Below are positions 55,433-64,000 of a DNA stretch of 64,000 nucleotides, one piece after another (position 1 is the first letter of the stretch; each line of letters begins with the position of its first letter). Position numbers and translations under genes: made by a program. The notes below the pieces were generated by a model that was not told the DNA's origin, did no database searches, and saw nothing but the letters and a program-made list of their open reading frames with translations. The stretch comes from Octopus sinensis. Taxonomy: Eukaryota. The stretch spans positions 48,794,001 through 48,858,000 of the forward strand of contig NC_043014.1 of the NCBI RefSeq assembly GCF_006345805.1, read 5' to 3'.

Positions 55433-56342
55433 AGTACTTGTATATAAAGAACAAAATGAGTAATCACAAAAATGAAATATAAATAAAATGTTAAATGTTT
55501 TGGCGTGTGACTTCTAGCCCATCCCTGTATATGTACGTGTGCTTGTGTGTGTATTCACTGTTCATTTGCTGTGGGGAACCTTTTGGTTTTGGCAATAAGT
55601 ATTGGAAAACACTAACAGACATTTTAAGGCACCCTCTATTGGTAGAAAATACTGAATGTGATTCTCACTCTTTGGCTTTCATCAGTACAGCAAGAGAGAC
55701 AACCCTGAAATGACTTCAGAAACATCTGTTTCCTTATTGTAAAACATCATATCAGGATTGTCTCTTTTTTTTGCAGTACACTGTGCTAATGATAGCCAGA
55801 AATGCATTTACTGTCCTACGCGAGAAGGGGCACTTTGAAATGACAGTTCGGGTTTTTGCAAAACCTATTTGCCTAAAGTGAGAAAGATTCTCCATGGCAA
55901 ATTAGCATTGAACATGGCCTTTTTCACAGATCAAATATGTCCCAAACGTATTGGAACTGATCCAAACATTTATCCAAATGTTTGTTTATACACAACATTG
56001 CATTCACGCACCCATCACAGTATAATCTCTGTTTTGTTTCCTTGTTAATGAAGGAAGCAGGGAAAGGCAAAAGTTCATTAATATACTCGAGGAACAGGAG
56101 GAGGAAGAGTTCGTTTGAAACATTAACCCTTATCAGCCGAGATAACACGAGGTGAAACAGAGTTTTCTCCCTTGCTTTCAGGAACAGAAATGGAAATTAA
56201 TAATTAATCGACACGTCATCTGTATATAGGGGAGGTAAACCTTGGTGAGCAATTTCAACCAACGAAGGAGCAAGGGAAGTAACTACAGCTATATTATATC
56301 CAATGTGTTTTACGACTGACAGGATTCGTAGAATTTAAAATA

Positions 56343-56851
56343 CTAGCAGTATCGCCCGGCGTTGCTCGATTTGTAAGCGAAATAACTATATAAGCATTTT
56401 TAGAGAGTTACTTCCCTTATAGATGCCAATTTGGGCTTTCTTAGCCATTTCTGTTTTGGTGTCTTCAAGCCATGAAGTCGTTGTTCTAAAAGAACGCTTG
56501 TCTCCTTGACAACGCTTTACGACATTGATTTCCTTACACTCCCTTCCCCACAGCTTCACGAGGGAGGGAAGGGGGAGAAGCAAACAGGTGCAGCTGTGAG
56601 CGTGGACGCCAACTCCGCCGCCATCGACACACGAAAAATTATGCATTAAAATGGAATAAAAAATGATGTTAAATTATTTTTAAAATCGTAGACTCATCGT
56701 AGACGCGCGCTAATACTCAGACGGGCTCGATATTAATCACGAGTATAAGATACCCGAATTTGGTTAAACTGCACCGCAAAATGTGGGAGGAGTTAGGAAT
56801 CTAAATCGAAGGGGACAGACACTCACACAACTAGAGTTTTATATATATAGA
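56343..56851 (-). mobile_element. Non-autonomous Helitron-like element, same family as 52384-52891, inverted
   Basis: Near full-length reverse-complement match; the ORF track shows the same pseudo-peptide (MHNFSCVDGGGVGVHA...) at 52578+ and 56646-. Confidence 0.88.
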
Positions 56852-57490
56852 TATTATAAAGAAATGGTGTTTTTCAGTAACTGAAATAATTTAATGAAAT
56901 ATACAAGAGATGTAGGTATGCTTACATTATTAACTATAAAGTTCGTAGAATGAAAGATAAAAAATCTAAAAAAAAAAAACTGCGATTTGTGCTTCTTGTT
57001 CACGTGGTTTGGAGGGCTGCACAGGTTCCAATCCTTTCTCGCTTGTTCTCTACAGCCAGAAGCTGTTCCTAACATAAACCACTCCAAGAGTAAATTTATA
57101 TGTATCAAGCCTAATTGTGTTTACCTGCATCACTATCTCCTCACCTGGATTTCTCTTATAGTCACTCTTTACCCTGTGGACCTAGTCTTCAATAAAGATT
57201 TTGGAATTTATGTTCAAATCATTTGAGCACTACATGTTTTCTATAAAGAGCATCTCTAGGACTTGTCTTTTGACTGTATTTATATACACATACATATATG
57301 ATAAGATAAAAAGTTGAGTTAATACAAACATGTGGAATTCGTGAAGATCTCTTAATCCTTTAGTATTTAGATTACTTTGTCAAATGTAAGGCTTATATAT
57401 TCACATTGTCTTGAATGAATCACGCATTATCTCAAAGCTTTGAGATTTTGACGATGTGATTATATTTATTAGGATTAAAAGAAAAATTAC

Positions 57491-57598
57491 CTGTAAAAGA
57501 TTCTTTGTGTTTCTTTTTCTTTTTCTTATGTTTTGAAGCTTTCTGGGAAGCCTGTTCATTGTCTCCAGCAGGATAATAATCATTTGTTAATAATTCAC
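57491..57598 (-). CDS. POLR1G: POLR1G-like exon E (Lys-rich module)
   Basis: poly-T...ctttaaattcag|GT ... CAG|gtaatt; 108 nt, phase 1-1; (S)ELLTNDYYPAGDNEQASQKASKHKKKKKKHKESFT. Confidence 0.8.
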
Positions 57599-57770
57599 CT
57601 GAATTTAAAGAAAAAAAAAAGAACAAAACAATATAAAACGTGAGTTATTTCGAAGTATTCAAAGACTAAAAGACCAATTTGCTTTCTGGGTACCTTTGCA
57701 GCCATGCTGGGGCACTGCTTTGACGAATTTAAGTTGAATGACTCAACCCCAGTACTAACACTCCTTTTAA

Positions 57771-57981
57771 CCCTTTCGTTACTGTATTTATTTTGTGTTT
57801 TTTTCACTTACTTTAAATATAACAAAGAATTTAGTAAAATAACTTAGTTATCATTAAGCTAGTGTTAAGAACATAAATTGTGACTAAGGTTTCGTGGAAG
57901 ATTTTAATTCAAAACTTATGAAAGCAAGACATTTGTACAACAGAGCCAGAAGTGGTTTCAGCCAGCTTGGTAACGAAAGGG
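57771..57981. mobile_element. piggyBac-type MITE inserted in a SINE
   Basis: TTAA|ccctttcgttac ... gtaacgaaaggg|TTGA. Confidence 0.75.
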
Positions 57982-58349
57982 TTGAGCCTGATTCTTATTC
58001 TATCAGTTTCGTTTTGCTAAGCTGCTAAGTTATGAGGGCATAAACACACCAACACTGGTTGTCAAGCAGTGGTGGGAGACTGTTCATTACATTGTTATGG
58101 CAACAGTTATGACAATAGCTGTGATCAGAGGACAAGATCTCTTTTCCTCTTCTGCTTCTCTATTTTTCTTAAAGATGCTTTCAGCCTGGTCATTGGCCGC
58201 TCCTTTCCCACCAACCAAGAAATCTTGCCTCTATCTCTGGATGTTGGATGTTGGCTGCCCCAACCCAACCAAACTGATCAAACCATACAAAAATTTTTAA
58301 AAACTAGTCTCTCCAGGACACTGTCAATCTAGTAAACCACTCCACCTCC

Positions 58350-58553
58350 ACCTCTGTCCATCTGGTTAAATACCCTCATGCCCCACCCATCTCTGTCCAT
58401 CTGGTTAAACACCCCCATGCCCCACCCATCTCTGCCCATCTAGTTAGACACCCCCATGCCCCACCCATCTCTATCTAGTTAGACACGCCCATGCCCCACC
58501 CATTTCTGTCCATCTAGTTAGACATGCCCATGCCCCACCCATCTCTGTCCATC
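58350..58553. repeat. 35-39-bp tandem repeat x5 abutting the exon D donor
   Basis: cccatgccccacccatctctgtccatct(g/a)gtta(a/g)acac units; G-run rich on the transcribed strand. Confidence 0.93.
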
Positions 58554-58560
58554 AACTTAC

Positions 58561-58671
58561 TTGGTATCTCAGAATCATCAACAAGCACGATGCTGTCGCT
58601 TTGATCTTCCTCTTCTCCCTTTTCCTTCTTCTTCTTTTTATGTTTTTTCTTTTTCTCTGGGGTCTCGACAT
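58561..58671 (-). CDS. POLR1G: POLR1G-like exon D (Lys-rich module)
   Basis: ttctgtgtag|AT ... CAA|gtaagt; 111 nt, phase 1-1; DVETPEKKKKHKKKKKEKGEEEDQSDSIVLVDDSEIP. Confidence 0.8.
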
Positions 58672-59377
58672 CTACACAGAAGGGATAAAAGTAAATGAGG
58701 AAAAATACCCTATGGAACAAACGAAAATTCTTTTCAAGTAAAAAAAAAGGGGACAAAATGAAATAATGGTCAGAAGGGCCTAGAATACTGAAAGCCCTTT
58801 GACAATTTAAAATATTTTCTTTCGCTTCATTTAGCTGAATTGATTGAGGCTGTCTCACCCCGAGTGGTTGGTATTAAGGGCACCACCCAGTCATGTGGTA
58901 AATCTAACTGTATCCACTCATTGGTCATTGAGTTCTTTTAGTGGAGTCTACTGTCCCCTTGTTTAAGTCCTCCAGGACGTTGAGTTCCTTTAATGGAGTC
59001 CACCTTGTAGCTAACATTCAGGACAGGTTTCTGGGTTGAGGATAACTTAAAGCCTTGTTGTGCTACATCCTACAACAACCTTCCTTCTCTTATCTTTCCC
59101 AATCTCCTCCAGACCCCACATAGAGGTCAAGGGTGCTGACTAAGCCATGACAAAAGTACCTAGTTTTTTTACCTGGAAGAGTTACCTGCCATAAAGGTCT
59201 ATCTTATCACCAATGATATCTCTTTGCTATATAACAATAGGGATATCAGTTTTGAACACTGGAGCTGGTATTTGTCATTTGAGTGAGAATCAAGTCCTAC
59301 CTGATCAGGACATCACACTGCCACTGACCATAAACACCACGTACATAAGATATTTATTAATTCTTTTTGACCAGCTA

Positions 59378-60197
59378 CAAAGTCCCAAATTTATTATTGG
59401 TAAGTAAGAGGTTACAATGTTCATGCCCTCCCTTAAAGCATTAGTGGCATAAGTGAAGGGAAATAGCTTTAACAGGGAGTCAGAACTGTTACAGACTCGC
59501 TTTATAGGGAGCTCTCCTTGATGACTCTATTTATAGGAACATTCCAATGACTTCCTCACATTGCAGGGAACTCTCCCTTGACTCATTTTACAGGGAACAC
59601 CCTTGACTACTAAACTTTATAGGAAGCTCTTTACAATGACTTAGTTTGTTGATGTGAGTAAGACCAGTGCTATTAATTTCATGGGGAGAGGGAGAAAAGG
59701 AACTATATCAACCCCCAGTAGTTGACTGGTATTTTATTGATGTTAGAAATGAGAGCAATGGGATGACTCAGTTCATTGGGAACACTCCCTAACAACTCAG
59801 TTTACAGGGAACTTTTTCCTGTCTCAGTTTATAGGGAGTCCTACCCAATGACTCATTTAGTTTACAGTGAACTTTACCCAGTGCCAACAATCAAAGCTTT
59901 CATACCTCCAGACATACACTCACCGTCTATCAATATTACATCTGTTGTCTCGTCCAATACATCTGATGCTACAGATTCTCTCTTTGATTTCTTATGTTTC
60001 TTCTTCTTTTTGGTACTACCTTCTTCAAAACCATTTATTTCAGCCTCACATTTTTCCGTATCTTGAAATAAAAGACATAAATACCATCAATGCTGTCTTA
60101 AACAATCTTATTAATATATATATAGAACACTGCCTTAATAAGGCTTGTTTTAAACCCATTCCACCACAGAATATGTGGACATAAAAACAATGATGGT
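59378..60197. repeat. Local segmental duplication, copy 2 (contains exon C)
   Basis: Direct repeat of 53228-54048 with scattered substitutions and small indels; includes a degenerate ~30-bp gactca...cagggaactct subrepeat. Confidence 0.95.
59924..60061 (-). CDS. POLR1G: POLR1G-like exon C (Lys-rich module)
   Basis: cttttatttcaag|AT ... ACG|gtgagt; 138 nt, phase 1-1; DTEKCEAEINGFEEGSTKKKKKHKKSKRESVASDVLDETTDVILID. Confidence 0.8.
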
Positions 60198-60574
60198 GAT
60201 AACTTGAGGTGGTGATAATGATGATGGTGGTGGTGATGATCATTGTAATGATGATGATAATCATGATGAAGATGGTAATAATGGTGTGGTTGATGCCAGT
60301 ACTGCTTGACTGGCTCCCATGCCAGTGGCATATAAAAAGCACCCCCTACATTCTCGGAGTGGTTGGTGTTAGGAAGGGCATCCAGCTGTAGAAACCATGC
60401 CAAATCAGACTAGAGCCTGGTGCAGCCTCCCGGCTTGCCGGTCCTATGTCAAACCGTCCAACCCATGCCAGCATGGAAAGCGGACATCAAACAACGATGA
60501 TGACAATGGTGGTGATGATGATGATGATGATGATGAAAGCAACATTATATTTCGGTCTATTTTGCCAACCTTAC

Positions 60575-60619
60575 CTTTGTTAACAGACTTTCTCTTTTTG
60601 GTAAACCGTTTTGGTGAAC
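60575..60619 (-). CDS. POLR1G: POLR1G-like exon B
   Basis: tttgtttctag|GT ... AAG|gtaagg; 45 nt, phase 1-1; (S)SPKRFTKKRKSVNK; in frame with exon A. Confidence 0.8.
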
Positions 60620-60889
60620 CTAGAAACAAATTCGATAAGATTAGAAGACAAACACAGAAACCCAGAAAACAGGCAACAACACTTTAAGCATTCTTTCCTT
60701 CCCTTTTAGAATAATAAATTCCATTTCTTTCTCCTTGCAGATATCAATAGTTAATTACCCATTGATGGACATTTCTGATTACAAAAACTTAAATGATTCT
60801 ATAGATTTCCTGATATATCAAAAGGGATAAAAATAATCCTTACAGCAAAAAAATTGTGGTGAGGACAGAGCTTATGATAAGATCTACAA

Positions 60890-61457
60890 TACATCATGAC
60901 TATGACATGGTCTGCATTATAGTTATGTCAGGGACTACATCATAGTTACGATATGGTCTGAATCATAGCTATGACATGGTCAACATCATAGTTATGACAT
61001 GGTCCACAGCATAGCATTGACATGGTCTACACCAAAGCTACACATGGTCTGCATCATAGTTATGTCAAGGACTACATCATAGTTATGATATGGTCTGAAT
61101 CATAGCTATGACATGGTCAACATCATAGTTATGACATGGTCTACACCATAGCTATACATGGTCTGCATCATAGTTATGTCAGGGACTACATCATAGTTAT
61201 GATATGGTCTGAATCATAGCTATGACATGGTCCACAGCATAACATTGACATGGTCTACATCATAGCTATACATGGTCTGCATCATAGTTATGTCAGGAAC
61301 TACATCATATTTATGATATGGTCTGAATCATAGCTATGACATGGTCAACATCATAGTTATGACATGGTCCACAGTATAGCATTAACATGGTCTACATCAT
61401 AGCTATACATGGTCTGACTCTTAGTTATGTCAGGGACTACATCATAGTTATGATATT
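60890..61457. repeat. ~20-bp minisatellite with higher-order structure (intron A-B)
   Basis: catcatag(t/c)tatgacatggtc monomers in a recurring order of variants (..gtcagggacta.., ..ctgaat.., ..caa.., ..cacagc..). Confidence 0.95.
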
Positions 61458-61609
61458 GTAGCTTCAAAATTTCAATGGTGTGTCTGTATATTTTTAGAAT
61501 GACATTGTAGGATAGGTGTAAGCGGGCCAGATATGGCTGGATTAAATGCTAAAGTGTTAGGAGAAAAAATAAAGGAAAATTTGGAAACTAGAAACGGTTT
61601 CTAACTTAC

Positions 61610-61744
61610 TGCTGCCAAATGGTACATAGCGCTGTTTCAGGCCTGATGGGAAGTGAGGCTGAGTTTTAGTTGGAATCTGAACATCAGTAGAAGTTGCTAT
61701 TTTATGAACTTTGGTAATATCCAACCGTCCTTGTAACGAGGGTC
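61610..61744 (-). CDS. POLR1G: RNA polymerase I subunit RPA34/PAF49-like gene, internal exon A (first exon visible in window)
   Basis: Acceptor ttcttcttaag|GA, donor GCA|gtaagt; 135 nt, phase 1-1. Translates (G)PSLQGRLDITKVHKIATSTDVQIPTKTQPHFPSGLKQRYVPFGS. The P-x-GL[KR]-x-R-[FY]-x-x-FG motif followed by a Lys-rich tail is what I recognise from the A34.5/PAF49/CD3EAP family. Gene name is by recall, not by search. Confidence 0.8.
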
Positions 61745-62204
61745 CTTAAGAAGAATTCGATTGGGTTTATAAAAATTAACTTTCATTTACAAGACATTAA
61801 AATAATGAAAAAAGAAAAAAAACTGTGTAAAGAGGAAACCACAGACATAAGTTAAATATTGCATAAATTAGTGAGAGAACCCCTGTACAGTTGCTCAACT
61901 TAATAGAAATAGTAGCAGAGTCCCCCTCAAACTAATCCTACTTTCTTGGATATAGAAGCATATTATGACTGGCCTGACTGGCCCTCGTGCCAGTGGCAAG
62001 TAAAAAGCACCCACTACACTCTCGGAGTGGTTGGCGTTAGGAAGGGCATCCAGCTGTAGAAACTCTGCCAGATCAAACTGGAGACTGGTGCAGCCATCTG
62101 GTTCGCCAGTCCTCAGTCAAATCGTCCAACCCATGCTAGCATGGAAAGCGGACGTTAAATGATGATGATGATGATGATATAGAATGCAACCATGGAGACA
62201 CAAT

Positions 62205-62590
62205 GAAAGGGGGAAGTTATAGTGGAAGGAACGGAGATAAAGTTATGGCGGGAAGGATGAAAGGAGGTATGGAGAAAGTTATGGTGAGGAAAGGGAGGGA
62301 GGTGGTGGTGGTGAGAGGGAAAGAGGGAGAAAGATATGGTGGGAGAGAGAAAGTTATGTGAGAGGGAGAAAGAGATTGTGTAAGTTATGGTGAGAGAGGA
62401 GGAAGTTATGATGGGAGAGAGGTTGAAAGTTATAGTGGGAAGAGGAGGGAGAAAGTGGTGGGAGAGAGAAAGTTATGTGAGAGGAAGGATGTTATGATGG
62501 GAGAGAGGTTGAAAGTTATGGTGAGAGGGAGAGAAATTTATGGTGGGAAGAGGAGGGAGAAAGTGGTGGGAGAGAGAGTGAAAGTTATTG
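62205..62590. repeat. Degenerate purine-rich tandem repeat
   Basis: Recurring gagaaagttatggtggga motif. Confidence 0.85.
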
Positions 62591-62808
62591 TCACACATGA
62601 AACCTGACTTGAACACCTGTAATCAAGAGGCCTCTATATCACTGTCACATGACCTTCGAGAGTCATGTGACAGAGTTAAAAATGGCCAGTAAAATTAAAG
62701 TACCACACAAAATGGTGAATGGTCCCTCAGATATTGCCACACGCTTTCTTCCAACCAAGTTTCATTCACAAGGCTCTGGTCATCCTGGCACAACGAGAAA
62801 AAGCATTT

Positions 62809-63503
62809 GTCAAAGACACCAAGCAACAAGATCAAATCCAAAACCACCAACAGGCCTATGATCAAATAAACTCCAGCCATGAACATCTAGTCTTTTAGCT
62901 ATTTTGAGGCATAGTGTACCTTGGACTAGAGTATCCAAGGTGATGGTGTCAAAGACACCAAGCAACAAGATCAAATCCAAAACCACCAACAGGCCTATGA
63001 TCAAATAAACTCCAGCCATGAACATCTAGTCTTTTAGCTATTTTGAGGCATAGTGTACCTTGGACTAGAGTATCCAAGGTGATGGTGTCAAAGACACCAA
63101 GCAACAAGATCAAATCCAAAACCACCAACAGGCCTATGATCAAATACACTCCAGCCATGACCATCCAGTCTTTTAGCTATTTTGAGGCATAGTGTACCTT
63201 GGACTAGCGTATCCAAGATGATGGTGTCAAAGACACCAAGCAACAAGATCAAATCCAAAACCACCAACAGGCCTATGATCAAATACACTCCAGCCATGAC
63301 CATCCAGTCTTTTAGCTATTTTGAGGCATAGTGTACCTTGGACTAGAGTTTCCAAGGTGATGGTGTCAAAGACACCAAGCAACAAGATCAAATCCAAAAC
63401 CACCAACAGGCCTATGATCAAATACACTCCAGCCATGACCATCCAGTCTTTTAGCTATTTTGAGGCATAGTATACCTTGGACTAGAGTTTCCAAGGTGAT
63501 GGT
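62809..63503. repeat. 139-bp tandem repeat x5 (intronic)
   Basis: Near-identical pseudo-ORFs at 139-bp spacing in the ORF track (62810, 62949, 63088, 63227). Confidence 0.98.
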
Positions 63504-64000
63504 TTTCTTTTTCTCAAGGCAGTAGATGTGAAATCAATGTTTTACGAGTTATGTGCTTAAACAAAGAGTATAGCTAGCAATGATGTTTAGTTATGATGCA
63601 GTTGAAATGGGAAAGAAAATGTTTTTACATACCTAGAGCGAAACTTTCGTTTGTATCGTGTGGAAAAAGACATTGATATGAATCTAGCTGGAAGCAAAGA
63701 CAAAGAGATACAAAGATATTTAAGCAACCTGTCACACAATTTATCATCATCATCGTTCAACGTCCATTTTCCATGCTAGCATGGGTTGGACGGTTCAACT
63801 GGGGTCTGGGAAGCCAGGAGGCTGCACCAGGCTCCAGTTTGATCTGGCAATGTTTCTACAGCTGGATGCCCTTCCTAACGTCTGTAGAAACACTGCCAGA
63901 TCAGACTGGGCCTGGTGCAGCCTCCTGGCTTCCCAGACCCCAGTTGAACCGTCATGTAAATAAACAGATAGGACTAGTACAGGAGGAAGGAAACAACTAA

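Noticed and set aside
62695-63442. Repeated 71-aa hydrophobic 'membrane peptide' ORFs
   Set aside because: They arise from the 139-bp tandem repeat, whose length is not a multiple of 3, and overlap one another in shifting frames.

Overview
AT-rich, repeat-dense animal nuclear DNA, very probably an octopus. This is inferred from a COX1 fragment that reads in the invertebrate mitochondrial code and from SINE families I recall from Octopus genomes; no search was run. Almost all ORFs in the supplied track are repeat or microsatellite artefacts. One real protein-coding gene can be built by hand on the minus strand (52304-61744; its 5' exons lie outside the window). It has six symmetric phase-1 exons plus a stop exon and encodes the 'PSGLKQRYVPFG' motif and a Lys-rich tail, typical of RNA polymerase I subunit RPA34/PAF49 (POLR1G/CD3EAP). 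The tail grew by exon duplication (exon 59924-60061 recurs at 53773-53913), its modules end in SIM-like motifs, and the second copy is bracketed by an inverted pair of Helitron-like repeats. Other notable items: a 193-bp COX1 NUMT inside a nested transposon stack; an LTR-like end followed by an unusually long (46 nt) tRNA-Leu complement including CCA; a 377-bp non-autonomous RTE element with an HDV-like ribozyme candidate; two Penelope-type hammerhead ribozyme remnants; Tc1, CR1 and RTE relics; MITEs; and several minisatellites. A second minus-strand transcript (putative first exon near 42.3-42.6 kb) is possible but weakly supported. All calls come from reading the sequence by eye.
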